From contig NC_082709.1 of assembly GCF_030144855.1 (NCBI RefSeq), forward strand, positions 50,964,001 to 51,028,000: DNA of 64,000 bases. Reading direction: 5' to 3'. The notes below the pieces were generated by a model, which was not told the origin of the DNA, made no database searches, and saw only the letters and a program-made list of their open reading frames with translations. The stretch comes from Hypanus sabinus. Lineage: Eukaryota. A program made the translations under genes and the position numbers. Numbering within the stretch: position 1 is the stretch's first letter; each line of letters begins with the position of its first letter. Below, in pieces: positions 39,415-52,535 of the stretch.

Positions 39415-39480
39415 GGTGAACCAGGAAGCAGCAATAACCAGAGAGGACTCAAAGGGCAAAGGGGTGACTTGGGCTTGGTG
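39415..39480 (+). CDS. COL6A3: COL6A3 helix exon (66 nt) with first helix interruption
   Basis: ACAG| GEPGSSNNQRGLKGQRGDLGLV |GTAACG. Confidence 0.92.
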
Positions 39481-39721
39481 GTAACGTATACATTATTTGA
39501 AATAGTTTTTTTTTCCAGTGTTTTTTTTTAATGTGTAATTGTGTTAGATATTAACATGAGTAAATTAGTTACAACCAAGTGATCAGAGGTGTAGGCGGTC
39601 CAAGGAGCCCAATGGCTTTCACCTGATCCTATTTCTGTTACTTAGATTAAACCAATAATGCCAAATGAACTCTAAGACAAAAGTGAATTTACTGCAACTG
39701 TTTGATTGAAATTTAATTTAG

Positions 39722-39775
39722 GGAGAAACTGGTGATGATGGACGCCCAGGGGAGCCTGGCCAAAATGGAAAAAAA
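39722..39775 (+). CDS. COL6A3: COL6A3 helix exon (54 nt)
   Basis: TTAG| GETGDDGRPGEPGQNGKK |GTAAGT. Confidence 0.92.
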
Positions 39776-40329
39776 GTAAGTCAACCACTTCATACACAGC
39801 ACCTGGCATAGTAATGGAATAATTATTTTAAGAAAAATAAACTTTATTCAATGTGTTTGAACACATGAAGATCAATGGAAACAATATAAGCTGATGTAGG
39901 GCAGAGCTAAGAGATGCTGCGATGTTAGGGTCCTGTCTTACCGATTAGACTTTGATCTGCTCTTTCCTGTGAAATTACCCTTTCTTGCAACATATCGAGG
40001 AAATGCAGGGGTATTCATCCTCTGCCAGCCAATGCTCATCAAAACTGATTTCTCGGACAAGGTCTCACAGATACTTGAGCAGCTTGTCCGGTACAAATGG
40101 GCATTTCAACTCTACGATAATAATTATGTCCCATGTTTAAGAAAGGTGCTATGTACATGGAAATGCATTTTTAACTTACTTAAAATAATCGATAAATAAA
40201 CTGTGGGAAATCGTAAGTTACTTGCACCTTTAGTCTGCCTACGTTTTTGAAATTCTAAGGTGATCCACGGGGTTAGTCAGCTTCATCATGGGTACTAGCC
40301 TCCGTAGTGTCTAAGGCATCTTCAAGGAG

Positions 40330-40690
40330 TGATGCCTCGGGAAGATGGCATCTACCATTAAGGGCTCCCACCAGCCTGGACATGCACACTTCTCATTGTT
40401 ACCTCCTTCCTGTCTCATTGTCAGGAAGGAGGTACAGAAGCCTGAAGGCACACACTTAGCGATTCATGAACAGCTTCTTCCGCCCACCAACTGATTCCTA
40501 AATGGACATTGAACCCATGAACACTACCTTACTACTTATTAAAAATTATTTCTATTTTTTGCACTACTTATTTTAACTTAAATGTAATTGAGGTTTTTTT
40601 TTCTATATTTATTATGTATTGCATTATACTGATGCTGCAAAGTTAACAAATTTCAGGACATATACCAGTGACATTAAACCTGATTCTAAT
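40330..40690 (+). mobile_element. Rex1/Babar-like LINE 3' fragment; antisense relatives at ~28505-28950 and ~61170-61625
   Basis: Reads HQPGHAHFSLLP..GRRYRSLKAHT*RFMNSFF; tail AAACCTGATTCT. Confidence 0.65.
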
Positions 40691-41353
40691 TGATTCCCCA
40701 TCAAACTCACTTATGCATTATTTGTGATCAAATTACGGCTTTGCGATCCTAGTTGTTTATTTATTTAAATAAATGGAGGAAAACTAAATCCAAGCTATAG
40801 TGAATTTCCCAGATATTATTCCATCCCCTCGGCTCCAGGACCATGCAGTCATGAAGAAGGACAGTAATTGCTAGACATTTCATACGGAATATTGTACAGT
40901 TTGCATTCAGATCCAAATTATCACTTGAATTCTTGTATTGGAAAATTTACCATTGAAGGTTGCTGTTTATTCAGCAAGTTAGTTCCCTTTTCATATTAGT
41001 GTAGCTATTTTAGTAATGTTTAGCTTTTGTCTTTATCAAAAATAACACTGCTAATATAATTCTAATAGTAATTTCTTCCTGTTCTCAGGCTTAACTGATG
41101 ATAACTAATTATCTCAATTGTGCAGGTGTCTAATTTAATAAAGAACAGTTCTGAATTTCAATTTTACTGTTTCTGTCTCTTTTTTTAATTATTATGCTTC
41201 TTTTCTTTAGGCCAAATATATTTAAATACTAAGTCTGAAATTTTCAGTTTTGTAATATTAGCTTGATTTCACTGTGTGTTATCGCTTTGTTAATAGAACA
41301 GACTGTTTATTGATATGTGTCTTCAGTAACATAGCCTCGTTCTCTCATTACAG

Positions 41354-41389
41354 GGAGTTCAGGGCCGCAGAGGATCAGCCGGAAAAAGG
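41354..41389 (+). CDS. COL6A3: COL6A3 helix exon (36 nt)
   Basis: ACAG| GVQGRRGSAGKR |GTACGG. Confidence 0.9.
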
Positions 41390-41649
41390 GTACGGTTTGC
41401 ATTTTTGTTTCTTGCTAACAAAATGATGTTTAATACAAACTACTGGACACTGCAAAAGCAAAGCAGACTATGATGGATAAGATTGGATGGCAGTGAATGG
41501 AGACCTGATTAATTGGTTAATCCTCCAGAGGATTTGTCTAACCACATTGGGCTGAGAGAAATGTGTTTGAATGAGGAAGCAGTGCACGATGACGTTCTCT
41601 TCATTAGTGACCAAGCTGTAGAAGTAGAGAAGCCTAGCCATAAAGTCTG

Positions 41650-43550
41650 AAAGTTTGACAGCATGGGAACAGGCCCCTTAGTCCACGTAAACCAAGATGG
41701 TTTCCTGAGCCGGTCCTATTTGCATGCTTCTGCCCATACCCCTCAAAGCCATACCATGTCCAAGTAGCTTTTAAATGTTGTCAATGTACAATACTTGCCT
41801 TAACTACTTCATTTGTCAACTCATACCATATACTGAGCAGCCTCTGGGTGAAAACATTGCCCCTTTGGTTCCTTTTAAATCTTACCCCTCTCAGCATAAA
41901 CCAATGCCTTCTAGTTCTCCACTCCTTAACACCTGAAAAAAAAGACTAACTGTATTCCTCTATCTATACTCCTCACAATGTTGCACACCTCTATAATATC
42001 ATCCCTCATACTCCTGTGTTCATTTGAATAAAATCCCAGCCTCCTGAACCTCCCTTGATAACTCAGATCTCGAGTCTGGGTAATAGAAATCTCCTCTGCA
42101 CTCATCCCAGTTTAATGGCATCTTTCCTAAGGCAGAGTGAGCAAAATGGAACACAATATTTCAAATGTGACCTCACCGATATTGTATATCACTGCATCAT
42201 ATTGTCCCAAATTCTGCACTCAGTGCCCTGACTGATGAGGACAGCACAACAAAAGCCTCCTTCACTACCCTGTCCACCTGTTATGCCAGGTTTCAGGGAA
42301 CCTGTATTTGTACTGTAGGTCCTTCTGTTGAATAACACACCCAAGCCTTAGCATTCACAGCAAAAGTCCTAATCTCATTTGTCTTCACAAAATGAAACAC
42401 CTCACACTCATCTGAATTACCCTCCACTTGCCATTCCTCAGCCCGCTTATTCAGCTGATCAAGATCTCTTGTTATACCTGATGATAACCTTAACTGACTA
42501 TGAAAGCACAATTTTGCTGACAACCAACTAATTGATATAGATAACAACTAACAACAGCCCTAGCACCAGCGAATGGCAAACACCACTAATCACAGATCTC
42601 TAAATTGAAAAAAACACCAACCACCATCGGTCCCTGTTTCCGACCATCACGTCAATTGGGTACCATTTAATTAGGTCTCCATGGATCCCATGGAATGTCA
42701 CTTTTCCGCAACAGCCTATCACACGGAATTTTATCAACTACCTCACTGAAGTCCATTGTGACCACGTCTACTGCCCTGCTCTCATTGAACTTCTTCCAAA
42801 AACTCAAATCAAATGTGTGAGCGTCTCTCCCTCTCTCACATGCACAAGGACATGCTGACCATCCCTAACTGACCCCTTTCCAAATGCCTGTATATCTTAT
42901 TCCTCAGCATCCCCTCCAGTAACTTACCTACCACAGATAAAAGGATTGCTGGTCTGCAGCTTCCATGTTTGCTTTTGCAGCCAGTCCAAAATAAATACAG
43001 GACATTCACTCCTTCCAGCTTGAAAGCACTTCACCTGTCGCTAACATTGATACATACGTATCAGCCAGGGATACCACAACTTCTTCCTTAACTTCCAACA
43101 ATGTTCTTGGAAATAATCTTGATCAGGCTCTGGAAATTTATCTGTCTTTATATGTTTTAAGACACCTAGCACCTCCTCTTCGGTAATGCCGACTATCTTC
43201 AAGACATCCCCATTAACCATATTGTTCTAAGACTTCATGAGTTTCTCCACTGTAAAAACAAGAGAAGTATTCATTGAGAACCACATCCATCTCCTGCAGC
43301 TCCACACAAAGATCTTCATTTTGTCTTTGAAAGCCCCTATGCTCTCTCTGTTTACTCTTTCTACTGTAATATAAAATATCTGTGGATTCTCCTGAATTTT
43401 CTCTGGTAAAACAATTTCCTGCCTCATTTATGCCCTTGTGATTTCCTTAAGTACCTTCATGGTAAGTTGTACTCTTCCATAAATTCACTTGATTCCAACA
43501 GCCTGTGTCTGACTTATTTCTCCTTTTTCCTGACCATACCCTCAATGTGT
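41650..43550 (-). mobile_element. Old, heavily decayed CR1-clade LINE
   Basis: Remnants DLDQLNKRAEEWQVEGNSDECEVFHF and KIQENPQIFY. Confidence 0.75.
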
Positions 43551-45208
43551 GAAACCACATCTCAGCTGAGGATCAGGGCCTTCAAGAGTCAACAGGTTGT
43601 TAAGAAATTTGGTGAACAGAGAGAGAATAAATGAATGCTGGCTGATTTCTGATTACTAAGTCAGTGTTATATTCTGTACTGCAAACCTCTGACCTAAGCC
43701 CTCCCCCAACACAATACAATAGTGCATCTAACCCTATACTAGGGAACTTCTGTACAGCTGCATGTACAGGATTCCCTTACACAATAATACAGATATGTAG
43801 TCTTTCTTCTCCCCAGCACTGTGTCAGCTCCTTCTCACAACTCTGTGATCCCTTTGATCTGATTTTGGAAGTTATCACTTCCCATATCCACGTTCATTAT
43901 TCTGACAGATTCAGGTCTGAATTTCTCCAGTTATGTCTCTGTCTCTGCCGAATCAAAGTTTTACCTTGTTGGTGCAGAGCCACGCTGACGTAATATTTAT
44001 GACCACTCTACAAAGTCAAGTATACTTCATCCACTTCCAGATATCTCTTTTTCCATTGACCTAGTCCAACAAGATGATTTCATAGATGAGGTCCTAATGA
44101 AGGGTTTTGGCCTAAAATGACAATTGATCATTCCTCTCCATAGATACTGCCTGACCTGCTGAGTTTCTCCAGCACTTTGTGTTTGTTGCTTTCATAAAAT
44201 AATTCTTACCTACCAGAAATTCCTATTTTCTGCACAATTTCCCTCTTACAAGCTGTTTTAACTCTACGATTCCAGGAGTATCAGCTTCCAACCCCTTTGT
44301 GATCTACATGCTGCCTAGTGGCAATATAATTTTTCGAAACTGAACCAACTATCATGTACACATTGCTTACATTGAACAGACCTCTGGCATGACCCTTCTC
44401 ATTATTCTGTCCACTCATACTGCTTTGCTGCATATTGAACGTTGATGTGACAGAGTTCTCTGTCACCTTTGGGCATTCCACCGCATAACCTCTATCCCTA
44501 TCACTAATCTCAATTATCTCAGTTTCACTGTGATAATTTGTAGTCATGATGTTTGATTCTCCCTTAACTGAGGCACTATGTAGTTAATATCTCCATCGCA
44601 AAATATGCCTGCGTCTTCCTCTGTAACACCAAACCTCCACTGCCTGTTGAAATCCTCAGTCTTGCCAAATACAGCTATTTAATTTCCCATAGCCTTTCTC
44701 CTTCCCTCCAACGCAAAATCCTGAAGCTCGCGTTGCATAAACGCACACAGTTATACATGGTGATCATCAGCTGACATTGGATCCATTGTCCAGCTCATTC
44801 ACTTATTAAATTTACTGTGTACTTTTCTTCATAATTTCAACCCTCCTGTCTTATTCTTCTCAATAATTCTTGGAGAGTCTGCAGATCTCCAAGAGTGGTT
44901 GAGGGATGTAAATCTCCACTACTGGTCTCTTCCAATAAATGGGTGAAGATAAACCAAATTCTCAGTACTTCAGGAATTTCCTTGCCATGGCCAAGAAAAG
45001 GAAATGATTTGACATCATATGGATAATCATGGAATGAACTCAGAAATGGGTGTGAGAAAACTGAAGAGAAGTGTTGTGTAGTGACAGGTTTCAAAGAGTA
45101 TTTCAATCTACTTACCCACTATCAATATAATCAGATTTGTGAAATCATCTAAAACTCAATTGTTTTCACATGTTTCAATTTGTATTTTGTTTTATCTGAT
45201 ATATGTAG

Positions 45209-45271
45209 GGCGGTAAAGGAAATCCAGGGACTATTGGACCTCCAGGACCACCAGGATTTAGAGGCATTCAA
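45209..45271 (+). CDS. COL6A3: COL6A3 helix exon (63 nt)
   Basis: GTAG| GGKGNPGTIGPPGPPGFRGIQ |GTAAGT. Confidence 0.92.
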
Positions 45272-45380
45272 GTAAGTAAAGTACTTAATAACATACGATT
45301 CTTGTTGCTCAGTTCCCAGCATCTTCCTTGCACGGACAATACGGAATTCATTGTAAGAAAATCTCTGTTTATGTAATTAG

Positions 45381-45443
45381 GGGGACCCTGGATCTCCTGG
45401 AGCCCCAGGACAGAAAGGTATAACAGGCAGTCGTGGTCCAAGG
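45381..45443 (+). CDS. COL6A3: COL6A3 helix exon (63 nt)
   Basis: TTAG| GDPGSPGAPGQKGITGSRGPR |GTAAGT. Confidence 0.92.
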
Positions 45444-45897
45444 GTAAGTGTTTTTCTTGCTGATTTGCCAAGCATTTATCCTAACCCAAAATAAAAACAG
45501 AAAATGCTGGAAACACTCAGCACATTAGAGAGCATTCAATGAGGGAAGTAAAGCTGATATTCTGGTTGATGATCTTTCACCTCGTTAAAAGTCACTGACT
45601 GAAATGTTAAGCTTGGTTCACTCTCCAGAAGGAATATGACCAGCTGAGAATTTCCAGTCTTTTCTGTGGTGTTGGGAACATGAATGCTGGAAATCTCAGG
45701 GCCATTGTGGAAAGGATATGTTGGTTCTGGTGATATTGATCCATACACAGGTCCTTTGGAAGTCAAGAATGAGGCATAAAACTTGGTGATTGCTGTCATT
45801 TTATTAAATGTTGCAAGAGCAAAGAACAAAGAAAAACAGACAAAGAAATGGAAGTTGTGGTCATCTCATATTCAAACTAGAGATAACAGCATCACAG

Positions 45898-46116
45898 TGA
45901 TGCACCATCAATAACTCTGAGACGTGGGTTAAGGTAGGCTTTTATTGGCTGGAAGGAAGCACAAGCAGCAAGTGACCACCACACAACATCCTGGAGACTG
46001 AGGAAGGGGCTGTGCCTCCAATTGCCTTTATACTAGGGTCTGTGGGAGGAGCCACAAGAGCAGTCAGTGGGCGGGGGGGGGGGGAATGTCCAGACAGGTA
46101 TATGTAGTTCAACACA
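45898..46116 (-). mobile_element. Solo LTR (219 bp)
   Basis: TG...CA ends; 5-bp direct repeat CACAG at 45893-45897 and 46117-46121; minus strand has TATAAA (46027-46032) upstream of AATAAA (45941-45946). Confidence 0.75.
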
Positions 46117-46598
46117 CACAGATAGCAAATTAACCTGTAAAATAACTATGTAGATATAAGTGGCTTGATAACTGCTGCAGAAAATACAGCTTTAGCTCTA
46201 ATACAATTAAGAGCAATTACATTTGCATTGGTAATGATATAAAACTGAGAACAAGCATAGGAAATATAAACTGCAAAATAAATGCAAAATCATGACAATT
46301 CTACACCCTTATTGAACAATAGCTAAGTGACCAGAATTGCATACAATACTCTAAATTCAGCCTTACAAACATCTTGTATCACTTCAACATAACCTTCCAA
46401 TTCCTAAAAGTTCTCCTTATGATCTGTGATGTCGCATTCAAATGGATCTGTATTCTCAGATTCCTTTGATCTCCCATACATATCAGTGCCCCACCATTCA
46501 CTAAGTGGGAGATCAGTGTATATATTTCTTTGGTGATGATAAAAATAGCTCTCTTATTTCAATGCCCTCAGTTAACAATGTCCTTTGTTCTTTCCTAG

Positions 46599-46661
46599 GG
46601 AATATCTGGTCCTCCAGCACCTAGTGGTACAAGGGGCAAAATAGGATTAAATGGAAGAAAG
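46599..46661 (+). CDS. COL6A3: COL6A3 helix exon (63 nt) with Ala at a Gly position
   Basis: CTAG| GIS GPP APS GTR GKI GLN GRK |GTGTGC. Confidence 0.9.
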
Positions 46662-46773
46662 GTGTGCTCCTCTTTTAGAACCTCATTTAAAACATTTCAT
46701 GGTGGAAAGAAAAGAACTAATGAAAGATAAGGGTGGCTGACATCTTGTCTTTGTTCAACCTTTTCTTGTGCAG

Positions 46774-46836
46774 GGTGAACCTGGAAATCCTGGAGATAAG
46801 GGTGAAATTGGGCCTACTGGACCACGTGGAGAAATG
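46774..46836 (+). CDS. COL6A3: COL6A3 helix exon (63 nt)
   Basis: GCAG| GEPGNPGDKGEIGPTGPRGEM |GTAAAT. Confidence 0.93.
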
Positions 46837-49800
46837 GTAAATGTTGTCTCTTCAAAGTATGAAACTCTGATTTGTGTACCGCACAAATGGAAATGGCACA
46901 AAAAACAAAATTAGTGTGTTACCATCCATCATTAAGAAGTTGAGAGGATCTCAGAAACAGAGCTCAAGTTAACTCCCAAAACCTACTAAATGGCATCTGA
47001 TGACTCTTCACAGTGAGTTCCTTTGATCTGTACGGTTAGACTTTGTTGCACTCTCTCTCTGTTCATCTAATTCTGCTTCCTCTTTAAAATTGGCGGATAC
47101 TGTTCTGGAAGAATCATGTGCTTAAATTGTATTGATTTTTTTTGTCAGACTGAACCTGGCCCTCAACTTAGCTTTATAAACTGCATAACTTTACCCTTCT
47201 CTCTTGCCATTTGCACTAATCCTACTTTCACCTCTTGTTCTCCTCCTTTCCTATCATGACCTGATGCATGTTCACTTTTGCCATGACTATTCCCTTATGC
47301 TGTTCCTAACTTAACCTTTCAATTGCACCCAAGTCTTCCAGTTTGTGACTCCCACATTTGATTTTATCACCCTCATGCACTTTATCAGTTAAGATTTGTA
47401 TACCTCTTCATCAGCAAAGGCATAGAAAGATGACGACCAAATGCTTGTAAATTGAATTAGAAATGAAAGGTGCTCAGTGGTTTGTATGGACAGGGAGGCT
47501 GCAGGATCTGCTTCCGTGTTGTATAGTTCGATGATTCCTTTGACCAATCCAGCCTAATTAGAATATCTCTTCTGACACCTGAGTAACACATACAAAATTC
47601 CAGAGGAACTCACCAGGTTAGACAGCATCTATGGACGCAGGAATAAACAGCTGACGTTTCAATCTGAAATCCCTCATCGGCTCCGTTTATTACTCTGTCA
47701 CCTCCCATAAATCATTCTCTTCCTGTGCCCCTGACCCCTGGGCCCGCTAGCTTTGTTCAGTGCATAATCTGACCTTTACCTCCAGTGGGTAATTAATTTG
47801 CACTCACACACCATTCACAAACTGACAGTGACACAAGTACATAACTATCCAAGATTTAGAGGATATGGTCAAGCGCAGGCAGGTAGATCCAGCTTAGATG
47901 GAGCCATTGGTCTGAAGTACCTGCTTCCCCACCTTGTGATGTGGTGATCTTGGGGACTATCATCAATGTGTCACAGTGCACCCTATGTAGGAGAAGAGAA
48001 TAGCAAAAACAATTCCCAAATTTTATGAACTGACAGCCCTATCACCTTTACTGTGACACATTCAGATAACAATATTACAGATTTCATAGAGTAATTTTCC
48101 TAAATTATCCTATCATTTTGATCCCCAGTATGTAACACATACTAGCTAAGTTGCACAAAACTGGAATTAAAGGTAATCCCATTACCAATGAACATGAGTC
48201 CAGCAGTTTGTCATGCAAAAAATAACCCAAATGGTTCATTAATTCCCATCAGAGAAAGAAATATGCCATCTTGAACTGGTCTGGCTTAAATTCAACTTCT
48301 GACTGAGCATAGCCTGAAAGAATTGGTTTGAAGAATAATAGTTGACATTGTCAACTACATCTGCGTCCCTTGAACCAATTAATCCAAGTATCTTACACAG
48401 CAAAATGAGATAAAGAGTAGGATGAAAATGTTGGCTCCAACAAAGAAGATGTGCTTAAGGTGAGATGGGAAAGTTTAAAGAAGGTGTGAGGTGCAAGTTT
48501 TATTTTCTACAATGGCTGGAATGGACTACAAGGAGTGGTGATGTAATTAGATATGATAGTGGTGTGTAAGAGGCATTTAGCTAGATACAGGGATTTGCAG
48601 GAAATTGAAGAATATGGATCATGTACTGGCAGAAGAGATTTAGTTTAATTTGCCATCATGTTCGGCGGAGACATTGCAGGTTGAATGGCCTGTTTTGGTG
48701 TGGTACTTTGCCATGTGTATGTTCTAATATCAACTTTGCCATGTAACCTGCCTTTATTTTGTGTGCTGCACAAGGCTATTTTTTCTCCTCTGGCAGCTAC
48801 ATATGAACAAATTCTTTTACTATATATAGAAAGCATTTGATAATTTATAAGCCCTATATGGCAGCTGCAGCACTCTGCAGTACAGAGTTTATATGACAGC
48901 AAATATCTTTCAACATTTGGAAAGTCCATTGGATTTTCTTTTATTAAATCAACCAACATTCCTGTCCACTTACCATATGTAACAGTGTTTTCACTCTTTC
49001 TAAATCCATCTTCAACCCAGTGCACCCTAGTTAAGTTCTTTTTTAATAATTCAATTGATAACATTAGTGCTTTTAATTTCATGCATTTTCCCGTTACTGT
49101 GCATTCACAATTGAGTGAGAACAGTTTATTAGCCTTTAATTAGCCTACTCATAAATGGAAATACACAAGATTTAATATTTGGTTTCAGCAGACTTCCTCT
49201 GTTCTCTTGGGTAATGTAAAAGAGTTTGAGGGACTGTTTTGAAAAAAAAAGCAGTGGAAATAGCCTCTGAATATTTCTGGAACTCATCATCAGGTATGTA
49301 TCTGTCACCTTGCTCTGCAAAATTGCCCATTTTAATTCATCCTTTATCATATTGTCTTCACCAGAATTGCTTCAATGAAAGTGATGTATATAAAAATACA
49401 TATAGCTCTAGTCACTGCTTTGCAGGAAGGATATGAGGTCAGTAGGGAGGGTTCGGGGTGGGGGGGTTGGATAATATATGGAGAGTTTGTCAAGGCCGTT
49501 GAATTATGATCGTATTGACTGTTTAGTTGAAGCTGTTCCTTTGTATCAAATGAGACTAAGAGGAAGATTAATTTAGGTGTAGGGTGTGCAAGAAGGATTA
49601 TTCTGCCTGACAGTAAAAGGGGCTAAAGATTTTAGTTAACTGATGCAAAATTAGAGACTAGTTGCCTAAACACTCATTGATTATGTCTTTTTTTAAAAAG
49701 TACCTGAATGAAAACTTAATTACTTGATGAGCCATATCTGCAAGAGCTGTAAAATTGATTTGCTTTAAAGAGTATTTTTTGCTGGCATCGATACAATGGG

Positions 49801-51289
49801 CAGAATGGACTATATCTCTATTTTATAATTCTCTGATGTTCTAAAAGGAACATTCTTTTCACTTTTATACCATTGGCCTTATTAATACTCAAGTTTTAGT
49901 CTGTAATTGACTTAATTAATTCCAGCTGAGATAGCAGCGTCCTCTGATGCTAGACGGTGCAACAAAGTAGCTTTGATCATTATCAGGATGCAAATTTACA
50001 TTTACATCCCACAGTAATTAACAGGCGTGAAGTTTAAATTCAAGTAAATAACTAAAGCTAGAATAAAGAAAAAGTATAAGTGAAACTACCAGAATGTTAT
50101 TAAAAACCTAGCAGGAATACTAATGTACTTGAGAGAAAGACCTGCAGACATATAGCTTCAAATCCACTATATCAGGGTCCAGAGGCCAACAACATTCACA
50201 GTGTGTAAACTAATGAATAAAATAATAAGAAACAGGTATTCTGCTATCATTTGCGATGAACTATTGTGTTAAGCAGATAAAGGAGTCCTAGCTGTGTTAT
50301 AGCTGACCCAATAGTCAGCTGAGAATGTTATAAATGCCTGTGAAGCTCACCTCAGCATGAATTATTGTACATGAAAGAGAGGGGGCGAATCATGGAGATC
50401 CAGCCAAACAGCATTCTAATATCTGCAGGCAGACCTTTTGAAATGTTTAACTGTCAGCATACACGAAGAACACAAACAGATCTGGTAATTGTAACTCCAG
50501 ATTTTTTTCTCAAAACATGCCCTTGGCATCACTGACAGCTCTCAGCGCCCTTTCCTGAGTCACATACTGTGTTCATGAACCTTCCTTTCACTATCCAGAT
50601 AAACGTAAAAGTAGCTTTATGCCAACTGTTAATGGGAACATTGATTTAAGACAATAAAGATAGAAGATCTGATCTGAGGAATAAACTGCTGAATAGCTTT
50701 CAGCAGGAATATTCTGGGCCCATCACTTGAGGAGAGGTGAATAAATTTTCAAAAAGGTTTGGGGGGAGGGGGTTACTGGGATGTTACCAGGGATGAGTAA
50801 TGAAGTTGACTAAGTCAAAAGTCAGAATTGTTCTTGGAAATTTTAAAGAAGTAGTAACAGAGCATGTCAAGGCAGTTTAAGGCTTTGAGATAGTAAAAAA
50901 GCTGTTCCCTTGGGCTTGTGGGTCAACAACCAGAGATCATGAACTAATAATTAATTGCAAAAGGTTCTGGAATATACAAGTAAAATTTTAATTTTACTGC
51001 TCAGAATTTTCAAAATCTGAATGCTTTATGAAAACGTGATAGAAGAGACAGTTATTGACAATGAGGAACTTCCCGAATTACAGATGAAAAGTAAAGAGGT
51101 GGGACCACACAGGATTGGTCTAGCAAAGAGCCAGGAAAGAAATGGTGGTTCAAATACCCTCCTCTGTGTAATTTTATGTTTCTTTATCTTCCTTTATACA
51201 GCAATCTTTTGTTCTTGTATGTACCAAGCTACAATAGTGTATGTTTTTTTGGAGTTCCACCAATTTTAATGCACATTTTTCTGCTCAAG

Positions 51290-51340
51290 GGTGAAGATGG
51301 AGCAAACAACATGGGTAAACCTGGAGTCAAAGGCAGAAAG
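51290..51340 (+). CDS. COL6A3: COL6A3 helix exon (51 nt) with second helix interruption
   Basis: CAAG| GEDGANNMGKPGVKGRK |GTCAGT. Confidence 0.9.
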
Positions 51341-52496
51341 GTCAGTTATTTTCAATGGTATTGATCTGCAGTTGTGCAAGGTATTGATCTAACACAATTG
51401 CAGTATCTCAGAGTATTATGGAATGGAGTCATACTGTATGCTAATTCATGAAAAGAGAATGCTACTTTCATATTTCTGATAAAGGATTTGGTTATTCAGG
51501 TCCTGTAAACTGTTGCAAAATTTAGTTCACCCGGCTATTTCAGTTTGATCAAAGAATATGCGTAAACACAGAGCGGAATTTCCAATTTGTACATAACAAT
51601 GAAGAGAACAAGACTGATAGCAGCTACTCTGATCCTCTCCTCAGTTAAGCGTATGAGTAGAAACTGGAAAGGAGCTGAGATCAGGTGGGCCATCAGGGTA
51701 GGAAGGAAAAATACCATCATGAGCAAAAGTATGAACAGCTGTCTAATACAATTCATGGAAAGCTTCTGAGAAAAATTGTTAACTGGTCAACTGTACCACC
51801 TGCACTTCCTTTTCATGGACTGAAAAAGGTAGAAGGTGACTTGATAGAGGCATATCAAAATCATAATGTATAAATAGGATAGATAGTCAGATTGATATCT
51901 AGAAATGGGTGTCAGAAGAAGTGGTGACGTTAAAGCTATCACTAACCCTCAACCATCAGGCTCTTGAACCAAAGAAGAAAATTTCACTGAATTTCTCTTG
52001 CCTTATCACTGATATTTTCCCACAATCTGTGGACTCAATTTCAAGGACTCTTCATGTTCTCAATAATTATTGTTTATTTATTTATTATTATTATTTCCTT
52101 CTTTTTGTATTTACACAGTTTGTTGTCTTTTGCAAACTGATTGAACACTAAAGTTGAAGCGGTCTTTCATTGATTTGATTATGGTTATTATTCTATTTTG
52201 GACATATTATGTATACCCACAAGAAAATGATCTCAGGGTTGTATATACAATATATGGTGTCGTATGTGTACTTTAATAATAAATTCACTCTGATCTTGGA
52301 ACTTTTACTGGTGTGGTATTTAGAGCCAGACCTATCAGTAGGGTGTGGAAGGCTATGGTTCTAATGGGAATTAATATATATGAGCAAAACAGTTGGAATG
52401 GAAGTCCTGTTTCTGTTCTATATGTTTCTATGATTCCAAAATTTTGAAATTATTTCAATTATCAAATGTTAATTAATTATAAAGTAACTAACTGAT

Positions 52497-52535
52497 GAGT
52501 TTAATAGTGTACTCACGAGTTTAATAGTGTACTCA
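52497..52535 (+). repeat. 20-bp tandem duplication
   Basis: GAGTTTAATAGTGTACTCAC followed by GAGTTTAATAGTGTACTCA. Confidence 0.9.
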
